From positions 1 to 43,583 of the forward strand of contig CAMAWO010000003.1 in the NCBI GenBank assembly GCA_945861925.1: a stretch of 43,583 nt of DNA, given 5' to 3'. Origin of the DNA: Bifidobacterium breve (GTDB lineage Bacteria > Actinomycetota > Actinomycetes > S36-B12). A model generated the notes under the pieces. It worked only from the letters and a program-made list of their open reading frames with translations. It was not told the DNA's origin and made no database searches. The position numbers and the translations under genes were made by a program. How positions within the stretch are numbered: position 1 is the first letter of the stretch; each line of letters starts with the position of its first letter. Shown one piece after another: positions 8,358 through 19,415 of this stretch.

Positions 8358-8675
8358 CCCGATGCCTCTTAGACGGACGATATCCCGTCAAGGTTCCCGG
8401 ACAGGTGAACAATTTCAATTTGTGACCTGAATAGCCGATTCCCCCAAGGGGATGTGGTGCCTGAACGGTCGACTTGCCCTCCCTTCGACCTATCTGCCTT
8501 CATTAATTGCGCCACCGGGGGGTCAAAGGCAGCGTACGTTGGCGAACGAGGTCGCTCCCTTTGAGTGCAACCTCATGCTCATGACTGTCACTGTTCGCAA
8601 AGAGTCAACTCGTGCACGCTTGAGCATGCTGAGCGTGCTGCCCTTCGACGGCCAGGCGAACTTCGGTTCGCCCTG

Positions 8676-8715
8676 TAGGCAGCCGGCTCGGGCGAACGGT
8701 TCGCTGAGTAGACGG
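8676..8715. repeat. Truncated repeat fragment D (deletion derivative of copy C)
   Basis: TAGGCAGCCGGCTC.GGCGA...GGTTCGC matches 9030-9059; GTTCGC..AGTAGACGG matches 9119-9135. Confidence 0.6.
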
Positions 8716-8765
8716 TCCCCGTGTCATCGCAACTCTTCTATGTAGGGGACGTCCCCTTGGGCCGG

Positions 8766-9011
8766 CTGGCGTGCTTTCGGCGACCAGCGTGCTCCTTGTT
8801 GACGGCGAGTCCGTCCGTCCTGGCAGTTGGGTTCATTGAAGTCGTCGAGCGCACTTCAGCGAACTAGGTCGGCCTAGAGACTTCTTTCGGACGTAGTCCC
8901 ACCATTGGTGGCAGGGGAGTTTCCTTCGTCGTCTGAGGACGCAGGGCGCACTCGCTGGCTGGTCTCCTTGGCACGCTCGTCGCCCACGTAGACGAGCATG
9001 CAGGCACGCCC
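8766..9011. repeat. Structured non-coding repeat, copy B
   Basis: Shares TTCATTGAAGTCGTCG.GCGCACTTCAGCGAAC, AGGGGAGTTTCCTTCGTC.TCTGAGGAC and GAGCATGC.GGCACGCC with copy A. Confidence 0.85.
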
Positions 9012-9029
9012 GTCGCCCCCGTCAACGAG

Positions 9030-9267
9030 TAGGCAGCCGGCTCCGGCGACTCGGTTCGCCTCTTTCAGGGTTGACCTCGTGCTGGCTGCTCAGTTCATTG
9101 CAGCCGACTAGCGACCACGTTCGCCTAGTAGACGGAACTCCGCCGGCTAGAGCGCACTGGCGATCTCGGTAGACGGGTCGTCACGAGGACTCGGCGCTCT
9201 TGGTAGGCAAGGAGGCTCGAGCGAACATGTCGCCCCCGTAGGCGAAAGCGAGAAGGCATGCCCGTCA
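9030..9267. repeat. Structured non-coding repeat, divergent copy C
   Basis: TGCTGGCTGCTCA.TTCATTG, GAGGAC.CGGCGC, CATGTC.CCC..GTAGGCGA and GGCA.GCCCGTC blocks in the same order as A/B. Confidence 0.65.
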
Positions 9268-9295
9268 TCCCGTCTACGTGAGCGTCCCCGGCGTG

Positions 9296-10081
9296 TTAAC
9301 CGGTGACAGGGCCGATGAGGAGATTCGCGAGTTCCTGCTCGGGCTTGCGCTGACCGCCGTGCTGCGCTGTGAAGGCCGCGCTGGCGTCGGTCCCACACAT
9401 CCCGAGGATGACGCCCTGCCCCCCGGGATGCGCGGCGATCCATGAGGTGAGGTCGTACGCGCTGCCGTTGACCGCCGACCAGCAGTCGGTGGGCGAGTTG
9501 TGCTGGGCAACCTCGGCCATGGTGACGCTGCCGTCGCTGGTCGTGGTGGTGGCCGCCGATGCATCGCTCAATGACGTCGTGGCCGGCTGTCCTGTCGCGA
9601 GGGTGCGTCCCCACACGGCCTCAGCGCCCGTGTGCCCGACGAGGACCGTCATGACAATGGTTGCCATTGCGAGCAGCACGCCCACAATGGCGGTGAGTGT
9701 CGTGAGGAGCGATCGGCCCTCAGCACTACGAAAACGTGTGAGCCACACCCAGATCGCCGCGACCACGAGGAGGATGGCCGCGAGGTACACGAGGATCGAT
9801 CCCCAGTCCGCATGCTGCTGGGGCTGGCCGACGAGACCGGACAGGGCTTGACCGGACTGCTTCGCGAGGACGGAGCCGACCGCCCCGATCGCCAGACCCA
9901 CGAGGGCGATGAGGTCAAATGGTCGACGCCACTTCTTGACAAGCACGACAAAGATGAATAGCAGCGCAGCTAGTGGCAGGACAACGACCACGAGATGGAC
10001 GACGAGGGGGTGTAGGGGAAGTCCCGCGAACGACTCAAACGCCCCTTCGGACAATAAAGCCATCGCCGACCTCGGGATCAT
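9296..10081 (-). CDS. DUF2231-type membrane protein fused to a cytochrome b5-like heme-binding domain
   Basis: GLPLHPLVVH...GHTGAEAVW; EVAQHNSPTDCWSAVNGSAYDLTSWIAAHPGG...FTAQH. Confidence 0.88.
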   Translation of the reverse strand: MIPRSAMALLSEGAFESFAGLPLHPLVVHLVVVVLPLAALLFIFVVLVKKWRRPFDLIALVGLAIGAVGSVLAKQSGQALSGLVGQPQQHADWGSILVYLAAILLVVAAIWVWLTRFRSAEGRSLLTTLTAIVGVLLAMATIVMTVLVGHTGAEAVWGRTLATGQPATTSLSDASAATTTTSDGSVTMAEVAQHNSPTDCWSAVNGSAYDLTSWIAAHPGGQGVILGMCGTDASAAFTAQHGGQRKPEQELANLLIGPVTG

Positions 10082-10173
10082 GACGGATTCCTTCCTGTCG
10101 ATCTGTTGCTTTGAGGCTACAGGGGTCGGGCCTCAATCGCAGCGCGGCCGGTTCTCACACCCGGCGATGCGGA

Positions 10174-12225
10174 TCACCGACTGATGAGTTCCTTGTCGGA
10201 CTGGCGCTGGCCAACCAAGACAGCGATGAGGTAGAGGCCGGCCGCGACGGCGAGGAGCCACTGGTAGCCGAGCACGAGCGATAGGTACTCCAGGCATCCG
10301 CCAACCATGGCCCCGAACAGGTTGGCCGCAAATGCAGCGGTTGGGTTCGCGGCATTCTTGAATCGCGAGGTGAAGAGCAGGTTCGCGAAGAACACCGGAG
10401 CGAAGGCGATCGCGACCGCGAAGAGCAGTCGAAGCGGTACGGCGAGGCCCAGGAGCGTCTCGTTCGGGATGAGGAAGGCGACGAGGAGTGACGCGAACAG
10501 AGCGGTGATGATGAAGGGTCTGGGAATCGGCCCGCGGGCGCGCTGGGTCACCTCGATAGCGAGGAGGACGGCGACGAGGACGCCCGTGAATACCAGCGCA
10601 TTCACGAGCCACGTTGTGCCGAAGAGTAGGGCGAATGTCGTGATCGACCTCGTCTCAAGGAGAAGGAAGGCCGCTCCCATGAAGAACAGGTCGCCGTATC
10701 CGCGCATCGCTTTGAACGGCCCACCAAAGACGCGGATGCCGATGAGTGACACACCGAGGATGAGGGCGATGACGATGAGGTAGATCGGCGGGATCGTCTG
10801 CGTTTTGAGATACAGGAACGGCCGGTCGTCGACGGCTGGCACGGGAATCTCCTGTGCAGCAGCAGCGATGGCGACTCGGTCCCACGTGGCACCAGGGGCA
10901 CACACCGCGTTGTCGGCGTTCTTGCCGATGGTGATCGCGGCGAGCGACTGCACGGCGGTGAAGGTGTCGAGGCAGGGCGCATGCCCGAAGACCTCGTCGA
11001 GGGTGCCGGCGAGCCGGTTGATGAGCCACGGCTCGCGGTAGTAGTTGTACATCGCGAACACGCCATCGTCCGTCAGATGATCGCGTGCAGCGGTGATGGA
11101 CTCCTCGGTGAACAGGTACGACTCGAGCCGCAGCTGGCTCGCCCCGGAGACAAGGGTGAGGGAGTCGGGGAGGGCGAAGAGGATGAGGTCGTACTTGTTG
11201 TCGTTGCCGGACAGGAAGGCGCGTCCATCATTGATATGGACCGAGACGCGCGGATCGTCATAGGGCTTATTGGGATTGACCTGACTGCCGATCTGCTGGA
11301 TCCGAGGGTCGATCTCGACGGCGTCGACATGCTTGGCGCCGCGGGAAAGAGCGAGGGCGACATCGGTTCCGGTGCCGGCGCCGACAACGAGCACGTTGCC
11401 CAGCGGGTTGTCGATCGCGCGCTCGTAGGGACGGCCGTAGACGGGCTCGGCCTTGAGCCGCTGCTCGACATCCATGACGTTTTGGTGCGGGATGCCGTTC
11501 ACCTGGATATTCGTGAACTCATTGATGGTGCCGGCATTTTGGATCTGGGTTTGGACCTTGTAGTACGGGGACCATGAGATGCCCGCCATGAGCGATTCGA
11601 CGACAAGGGTGCCGATGATGAGCACCATGGCGATTCGTGAGACCCACGGAAGGCCAGGGCCGTAGAGGAGCCACAGTGCGATGAGAGTGATGATCGGCCA
11701 GACCCACGACGGCGCCCGCAGGAACGCAATAAGGGTGAACGAAAGGGTGCCGAGAATCGAGCCGATGATGTCCCACCGGTAGGCGTCGAGGGCCTTGAAC
11801 TCGCGGAAGGCGCGGCCGGTGATCTCGCCGAAGCCGGTCATCGTGATGGCGATGACGATGAAGACGAGGGGGAGCGAGACCCAGGTGGGCAGGCCGGTCG
11901 GGCGAACCTCGGTGAAGAAGATGAGATCGGTTGACGAGCCCTCGATGCGGGCGGGGAAGAGCATGATGAAGGCGACGAGCAGGACAAGGCCGAGGGGGAC
12001 GTAGCGGCCGAAGTCGTTTGAGGTGCGTGAGCGCAAGAAGCCCAGGCCGATGCCGAGGAAGCTCGCGAGCAGGATGAGGTTTGAGAAGTAGGAGAGGTGG
12101 ACGAGGTTGGCACCCGACCATCTGATGAGGGCGAGCTGGACGAACAGCATGAGGGCGCTCGCCACGATGAGGCGGGCACGACCAGTGAGAACTCGTTCGC
12201 CTCGCAGCAAGGATGTGGTACTCAC
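10174..12225 (-). CDS. Membrane-bound spermidine synthase-like SAM-dependent transferase
   Basis: VLVVGAGTGTD, AVEIDP, DGRAFL, YDLILFALPDS; TM helices on both sides. Confidence 0.85.
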   Translation of the reverse strand: MSTTSLLRGERVLTGRARLIVASALMLFVQLALIRWSGANLVHLSYFSNLILLASFLGIGLGFLRSRTSNDFGRYVPLGLVLLVAFIMLFPARIEGSSTDLIFFTEVRPTGLPTWVSLPLVFIVIAITMTGFGEITGRAFREFKALDAYRWDIIGSILGTLSFTLIAFLRAPSWVWPIITLIALWLLYGPGLPWVSRIAMVLIIGTLVVESLMAGISWSPYYKVQTQIQNAGTINEFTNIQVNGIPHQNVMDVEQRLKAEPVYGRPYERAIDNPLGNVLVVGAGTGTDVALALSRGAKHVDAVEIDPRIQQIGSQVNPNKPYDDPRVSVHINDGRAFLSGNDNKYDLILFALPDSLTLVSGASQLRLESYLFTEESITAARDHLTDDGVFAMYNYYREPWLINRLAGTLDEVFGHAPCLDTFTAVQSLAAITIGKNADNAVCAPGATWDRVAIAAAAQEIPVPAVDDRPFLYLKTQTIPPIYLIVIALILGVSLIGIRVFGGPFKAMRGYGDLFFMGAAFLLLETRSITTFALLFGTTWLVNALVFTGVLVAVLLAIEVTQRARGPIPRPFIITALFASLLVAFLIPNETLLGLAVPLRLLFAVAIAFAPVFFANLLFTSRFKNAANPTAAFAANLFGAMVGGCLEYLSLVLGYQWLLAVAAGLYLIAVLVGQRQSDKELISR

Positions 12226-12314
12226 CGGGTCAGGCTAGTGCCTGCCGGCTTGGGGGCGGAATGGCCCGTCCCGGTTGGCTGAACAGTGCATCCCCACCCG
12301 CACCCAACGTCCAG

Positions 12315-12579
12315 CCCCCTTGTCATTTCAGCCGGAATCCGGCTGAAATGACCAGAAGAGTGGTTACTTGACGCTCTTCTTGGTCATTTCGACCAGAAAC
12401 AACGCTGATGGTGCGAATTGGCCCGTCGAACGCCTGCCATTGAGCGGACTCTCGTCGAATTCGATGCCGCGGTGTCTGGGGGTGGCGCCCTTGAGCAGTG
12501 GGATGAAATGACCTGGTTGTGAGTGATTTGACCAGATATTCGGTCGTTTCAGCCGGATGCTGGATGAAACGACGGGGGG
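12315..12579. repeat. MITE/REP-like palindromic element
   Basis: Terminal hairpins GTCATTTCAGCCGG-aat-CCGGCTGAAATGAC and GTCGTTTCAGCCGG..GATGAAACGAC that are also mutual inverted repeats; internal GGTCATTTC/GAAATGACC copies. Confidence 0.75.
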
Positions 12580-12614
12580 TGGGAAGGGGTGGGTCGCGAA
12601 CTTAGACTTCAGGG

Positions 12615-13364
12615 GTGTTTTCGATCATTGCGCCAGAGCAGGTGTCAGGCCTGGCCTGGTGGCCACCGCTGGCAGTTGTCGTTCTCCTCGTCGTCATCAA
12701 CATCGTGAACAACAGGGTGGCGCCGCAAACGCACTACCTGCTGTGGTCCTTTGGAGGCTCAGTCCTCCTCCTCGCGGTGGGCTTTCTCGACGGAAACTCC
12801 TGGACGGACATGGGCTTGGGTTGGCGGTTCCTCCTTCCGGGCCTCATCTGGGCGGCGGCCTCCATCGGGATCATCACCGCCGTCTACGTCATCGGGTCGC
12901 TCTTTCGCCGAACCCGTGCAGCGTTCCACGACGAGCGGATGGCCGAGATGTCTGCTGGCCGCCTGATGTTCCAAGCGTTGATCGAGGTTCCGTTTGGGAC
13001 CGTGCTCTTTGAGGAGATCGCCTTTCGCGGGGTGCTGTTCGCGATGCTCGCCCGCCGATACGGGCTTGTCTGGGCACTTGTGGGCTCAGCGCTGCTGTTC
13101 GGGCTGTGGCACATCCTGCCGTCGATCGGCACGCACGAGCAGAATCCGGCGCTCGGTTCGGTCGTCGGGGAGGGGCGCAGGGGCAACATTCTCGCGGTGC
13201 TCCTCAGCGTGTTCACGACCGCGCTCGCCGGCATTCTGTTCGGCGGACTGCGCGTGCTCTCGGGCAGCGTGCTCGCCCCGATGGGCTTCCACTGGGGGAC
13301 GAATGGGCTCGGCTACGCGTTCAGTTGGGTTCTTATCAGGGCGCGGGAACGTCGCGCAAGGTGA
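12615..13364 (+). CDS. CPBP (CAAX/Abi) family intramembrane metalloprotease
   Basis: EEIAFRG, FGLWH, HWGTN motifs. Confidence 0.9.
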   Translation: MFSIIAPEQVSGLAWWPPLAVVVLLVVINIVNNRVAPQTHYLLWSFGGSVLLLAVGFLDGNSWTDMGLGWRFLLPGLIWAAASIGIITAVYVIGSLFRRTRAAFHDERMAEMSAGRLMFQALIEVPFGTVLFEEIAFRGVLFAMLARRYGLVWALVGSALLFGLWHILPSIGTHEQNPALGSVVGEGRRGNILAVLLSVFTTALAGILFGGLRVLSGSVLAPMGFHWGTNGLGYAFSWVLIRARERRAR

Positions 13365-13534
13365 CCGGATTGTACGTGGCGGCCGCGACCGGCCCCGTAT
13401 GCTGGAAATCGATAATACGCGAAGGACGTGGATAAATGACATCGATGGGATTCAGCGTCTACGATAACGTTGCCGTCGTGGGGATGCCGCCAAGCCAAGC
13501 CGCGCCCGCATTGGAGCCAACGGAGGAAGCCGCC

Positions 13535-13837
13535 ATGGAAGCCGCGCGATCGAGTGTCGACGAGCATGGCGCGGAGGCCCTGCTCTCCGATCGTGATCGC
13601 GGGATTCTCGAGTTCGAGCGCCAGTGGTGGAAGTACGCGGGGGCCAAGGAGCAGGCGATTCGCGACCTATTCGACATGAGCGCGACTCGTTACTACCAGA
13701 TCGTCAACGCCCTCATCGATACCCCGGAGGCCATGGCCTTCGACCCGATGCTCGTGAAGCGCCTGCGCCGACTGCGGGCCACTCGGCAGCGGGCGCGCTC
13801 GGCCCGGCGTCTCGGCGTCGAACTCGACCAGCGCTGA
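13535..13837 (+). CDS. DUF3263 domain protein
   Basis: LEFERQWWKYAGAKEQAIRDLFDMSATRYYQ; GGAGG RBS before ATG 13535. Confidence 0.9.
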   Translation: MEAARSSVDEHGAEALLSDRDRGILEFERQWWKYAGAKEQAIRDLFDMSATRYYQIVNALIDTPEAMAFDPMLVKRLRRLRATRQRARSARRLGVELDQR

Positions 13838-13920
13838 AACGTCCGAAACTCTTCTCTTCGGTTCCTCGTCGGGCGATCGATGGGGCATGATTGCCCTGTT
13901 CGCGATCTAGGGAGCCCCTC

Positions 13921-15138
13921 ATGCGTTTTCGAATCCTCGTCACTACCTGCCTCGCCCTCACCGGCGCCCTTGTAGGCGCTCTAGGGGCCGCGCCAGGATC
14001 TCAGGCGGCAACGACCCCAATCGTCGTGTGGACGGATGCAACGCGCGCGCCCCTGCTCCAGCAGGCGTTCGCGAGTGGGTATGACGGCCACCCGGTGACC
14101 TTTGTCGTGAAGGAACTTCCGGCAATTCGCTCCGAGCTCAAGACTGTGGCCGCCGCTGATGCGCCCGATGTCATTTGGGCGGAGCACGACTGGACCGGCG
14201 AACTCGCCTCGGCGGGCCTCGTTCGCAAGCTTCCTCTCTCGGCGAAGCTCAAGGCACAGTTCGAATCGCGAACCCTCGATGGCTTCAAGTTCGGCTTCAG
14301 TTACTACGGCGTGCCCGTCATGGTCGAGAACGTGGCACTCATCACGAACGCGGCGCTCGTCCCGACTCCTCCGAAGACGTTTACTGCCCTGAGCAAGTCC
14401 GCACTGGCACTCAAGGCGGCCGGCAAGGTCGACGTCGGCCTCGCGGTGGCGCAGGGCTCTGCCGGCAATGCGTACTTCATGAACCCACTTTTCACCGGGC
14501 TGGGCGGGTACGTGTTCGGCAAGAACGCGGCCGGCAGCCTCGACCCGTACAACATCGGCATCACGAACCCGACCTTCCAGGCGAATATGCCCAAGATCAA
14601 CAAATGGAATTCGACCGGCCTCATCAACTCTGCTCTTGACGAGAAAGCGGCCACCGCGGCATTTGTCTCAGGCCGTGCTGCCTACTGGATCACCGGGCCT
14701 TGGAACCGAAATGAGCTCAAGACGCTCACCTTCCAGTACCGGGTCTCGTCGATTCCGGAGATCAAGAAGGGCATCGCACCGTCGCCATTCCTCACGATCA
14801 AGGGCTTCATGGTGACGGCATACGCGGACCAGCACGGCGTGCTCACTGCGGCGCAGGGTCTCGTGCGTAAGGGATTGACCCCGGCTCCGATCCAGTCGCA
14901 GATCGCGGCCATTACTGAACGCGCGCCGGCAAACATCGCCGGGACGATGGCACGTCTGCCGCAGGCATTCGCCGTGGCAGGCATGGCCGGTGCGCCGACG
15001 CCGAATATTCCTCAGGCAAGCGCTATCTGGGCGCCCCTCGGAAAGGCTTGGGCGACGTCAACGATGGGTGCGGGGGCCGTACCCGCGCAGACATCCTTCG
15101 CGGAGGCTCAGGCGACCGTCGCCGCTTCGGTGGGGTAG
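13921..15138 (+). CDS. Maltose/maltodextrin-type ABC substrate-binding protein, no permeases adjacent
   Basis: APDVIWAEHDWTGEL, YGVP..ENVALITN, ITGPWN; signal peptide. Confidence 0.82.
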   Translation: MRFRILVTTCLALTGALVGALGAAPGSQAATTPIVVWTDATRAPLLQQAFASGYDGHPVTFVVKELPAIRSELKTVAAADAPDVIWAEHDWTGELASAGLVRKLPLSAKLKAQFESRTLDGFKFGFSYYGVPVMVENVALITNAALVPTPPKTFTALSKSALALKAAGKVDVGLAVAQGSAGNAYFMNPLFTGLGGYVFGKNAAGSLDPYNIGITNPTFQANMPKINKWNSTGLINSALDEKAATAAFVSGRAAYWITGPWNRNELKTLTFQYRVSSIPEIKKGIAPSPFLTIKGFMVTAYADQHGVLTAAQGLVRKGLTPAPIQSQIAAITERAPANIAGTMARLPQAFAVAGMAGAPTPNIPQASAIWAPLGKAWATSTMGAGAVPAQTSFAEAQATVAASVG

Positions 15139-15218
15139 TCGGTGGAGTCGCCGGCGCCGTCTCGACGCGCAAATTGAGCGGACAACGGGCGCGAAGGCCC
15201 GATTCGAAGACTCCCACA

Positions 15219-15245
15219 TTTGCACTCACCGGGTGAGAGTGCTAA
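15219..15245 (+). promoter_or_regulatory. CIRCE element 1 (HrcA operator)
   Basis: TTTGCACTC-N9-GAGTGCTAA. Confidence 0.93.
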
Positions 15246-15252
15246 AAATGGG

Positions 15253-16954
<1,702 letters not shown>

Positions 16955-16973
16955 TCCACGCCTACGAACGCTC

Positions 16974-17011
16974 GAAAGGGCGGCTCCCCCGATACGGGGA
17001 GCCGCCCTTTC
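16974..17011 (+). terminator. Intrinsic terminator of groEL
   Basis: GAAAGGGCGGCTCCCC-loop-GGGGAGCCGCCCTTTC. Confidence 0.88.
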
Positions 17012-17079
17012 TGCGTCTTGTTGCCACGTGTGTTTGCTACGGGCCCAGCGTCAGGGATGCCTTGCCTCAGTCATGCGTC

Positions 17080-17108
17080 GGGGCCGACTCACTGAGCGAG
17101 TCGGCCCC
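17080..17108 (-). terminator. Hairpin downstream of the Fn3 gene
   Basis: GGGGCCGACTC-7nt-GAGTCGGCCCC. Confidence 0.6.
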
Positions 17109-17141
17109 AACGTGCATCCGGTGGTCACACCGGCCCGGTGC

Positions 17142-19415
17142 TTAAGACGCTGTGAACGTCCTCCCGGCGGAATTGACTGAGTCGCCGTACTCATTTGTGG
17201 CCTTCATTGTGAAGGTGTACTGAGTTCCAACCGTCAGCCCAGTCACGGTGACTGTTCCTGCGCTTGCGCCGACGGTCACGCTCTTATCTCCAGGGGTAGA
17301 CATGACCGTGTATGCGCTCACAGTCCCGCCCCCCTCCAAACCTGGAATGAAGGAGATGGTCGCCGTTCCTGTTCCTGCCGATCCTTGGACCACATTTGCG
17401 ATTTCGGGAGCCGCAGGTAGACCCTTAAACAGGTGAAGGTAGCCAGCAGATGGGGCTGAGTCGCCCTTTGTATTGGTGGCAGTCATCTGGAACGTATAGC
17501 TGATGCCCCCCATAAGCCCCTCAACGATGCATGTAGATGTGCAGGTCGCGGTGCTCCCTGCCATCGATGGGGACCACGACACGTTGTATCCCGTGATGGT
17601 CGAGCCCCCGTCACTTGACGGCGCGGTGAAGAACACCAAGGCCTTCCCCTGGGTGTTCGTCACGGTAGTGATCGACGGAGCCCCGGGGACGGTTGTGGCG
17701 GTGACAACGGATGTGGACGTGGTGCATGATGAACTTGTTGATCCGCCCGGGCAGGTGGATGCGGGGGTGAACATTGGGGTTCCATATGTGACCGAGGACG
17801 TGACCGCATTCACGAATCTGGGGATAACTTGGAACCCGTATCGCCAGTTAAGGTTGAAATTGTCGTTGGTGCACTGGGTGACAGTCGTGTTGAACGTTGA
17901 TTCACTTCCACACCCGCCACTAAGTGACATGTAGATGGGGGTACCGCCGTCGTCCACTCCGGCGAGGACCGAGTAGCCCTGTGCGCCCGGAACTTCAGTC
18001 CAGTCCACGACTATCGTTCTTGAGCCTGTGCCAGCAGTCGCAGACACGGATCCTGACGACGCTGTGGGCAGTCCCGTCGGAACGGTGACCGCGTTGGAAT
18101 AAATCAAGGGGTCCATTCCTTTTCGCCCACCGAGCCAAGCCTTTACGGAGAACGTGTATTCCGCGCCAGGAGTGAGACTGGAGGCGACGCACTGCGTTGC
18201 AGTTGAGTACATCGAAATTTCGTCCTCGCATAGACCGGTGGCGTTCTCCCAATCATTCCCGCTCTTTTTGAAGTAAATGACATAGCCGACTGCGCTTGCT
18301 GTGCCCGGACTCCACGACACGACCGCCTCGCCGCTGCTGGGGCCAGCGGTCGCCATGACAGCAAATCTCGGTGTGACCGTCCCAGATGGATTGGATGCAA
18401 GTGATGTGTTGCCGTTCGAGTCCGTCGCGGTGACGGTGAATGTGTATGCCTTCCCGAGCGTGAGTCCGGTGACATTTATGTTGCCGGATACCGCCCCGTT
18501 TCGGATGCCGATGATTCCGTCGGGTTCTGACGTCGCCGTGTACTTCGTGATCGTCGATCCGGCTTTAGCTTCCGGTGCCTCGAACGTGACGACAGCCGTC
18601 AATAAGCCTGCCTCAGTCGTAGGTCCTGCGATCGCAGTGACGTTCAATGGAGGATTCGATCCGGAGATGGTTGTGACCGGCCCCGACGCGGCGGACGCCA
18701 CGGAGGTGCCCAACGAGTTCTTCGCGGTGACGGTGAATGTGTAAGTCGTGCCGGGCATCAGCCCAGTGACGTTAATGATTCCGCTGCCCGCCTGTTCCAA
18801 AGTGCCGGACCCGCCAGCGGGGGACGACGTGGCCGTGTAGCTCATGATCGCCGCACCGCCATTCGATGTCGGTGCGGTGAACGCGACCGTCGCCGTCGTT
18901 GCCCCCGTTACGGTCGCAGCCCCAATCACTGGTGCGCCGGGAGCCCCGATCACGGTGACGGATTTCCAACTTGAGTAGGTTCCAGCGCCTCCGTTGCGGT
19001 ACGGCGCCACCCTGAACTTGTTTGTTCCGGTCGGAACGCTGGTGGCGGTGCATTGGAGGGCGGCCGAGAGGTACGTTATTGCATTGGCGCAGGAGCCCGC
19101 AGGATTGCGGTAGCCCGAACTACCCGGCTTCTGGTACTGGACGATGAAACCGGTCCCAGTCCCGATCCACGACACATTCACTTCGTTTGCATTGGCTCCA
19201 GCGACCGCGCAGATCACCGTGGACGTTGGCGTGCACGCCACCACATTGCCCACATTGCCCCTGATGACCGGGGCACTGCTCTCAGGGGCACTGTCCCCCG
19301 TGGCACCGCCACTACACGCAACGAGGACGGTCACCGCGCTCGCGAGGAGCGCGGCCGCGACTGTCCACCTCCCCGCAGTTGTCCGATTAGCCGTGCTTGG
19401 TCGTGCGTTCGGCAT
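17142..19415 (-). CDS. Multi-fibronectin type III surface lipoprotein
   Basis: Lipobox LVAC; repeated PGAP...GL..G..YTFTVTA.N modules. Confidence 0.88.
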   Translation of the reverse strand: MPNARPSTANRTTAGRWTVAAALLASAVTVLVACSGGATGDSAPESSAPVIRGNVGNVVACTPTSTVICAVAGANANEVNVSWIGTGTGFIVQYQKPGSSGYRNPAGSCANAITYLSAALQCTATSVPTGTNKFRVAPYRNGGAGTYSSWKSVTVIGAPGAPVIGAATVTGATTATVAFTAPTSNGGAAIMSYTATSSPAGGSGTLEQAGSGIINVTGLMPGTTYTFTVTAKNSLGTSVASAASGPVTTISGSNPPLNVTAIAGPTTEAGLLTAVVTFEAPEAKAGSTITKYTATSEPDGIIGIRNGAVSGNINVTGLTLGKAYTFTVTATDSNGNTSLASNPSGTVTPRFAVMATAGPSSGEAVVSWSPGTASAVGYVIYFKKSGNDWENATGLCEDEISMYSTATQCVASSLTPGAEYTFSVKAWLGGRKGMDPLIYSNAVTVPTGLPTASSGSVSATAGTGSRTIVVDWTEVPGAQGYSVLAGVDDGGTPIYMSLSGGCGSESTFNTTVTQCTNDNFNLNWRYGFQVIPRFVNAVTSSVTYGTPMFTPASTCPGGSTSSSCTTSTSVVTATTVPGAPSITTVTNTQGKALVFFTAPSSDGGSTITGYNVSWSPSMAGSTATCTSTCIVEGLMGGISYTFQMTATNTKGDSAPSAGYLHLFKGLPAAPEIANVVQGSAGTGTATISFIPGLEGGGTVSAYTVMSTPGDKSVTVGASAGTVTVTGLTVGTQYTFTMKATNEYGDSVNSAGRTFTAS

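Larger units (their letters stand above)
4038..9295. mobile_element. tRNA-Thr-associated integrative element/island (right boundary uncertain)
   Basis: tRNA fragment, integrase, resolvase, accessory ORFs and non-coding repeats; no second att copy seen. Confidence 0.55.

Noticed and set aside
8452-8745. 97-aa ORF
   Set aside because: Overlaps repeat fragment D; no recognisable protein features.
7441-9267. CRISPR array or classical integron
   Set aside because: Repeats are ~245 nt with no regular spacers and no cas genes; no clear attC core sites seen, and the integrase is phage/ICE-like rather than IntI.
10111-10137. GAGGCTACAGGGG as the missing tRNA-Thr 5' half
   Set aside because: Match too short with no D-arm; better explained as a TTGAGGC/GCCTCAA hairpin.
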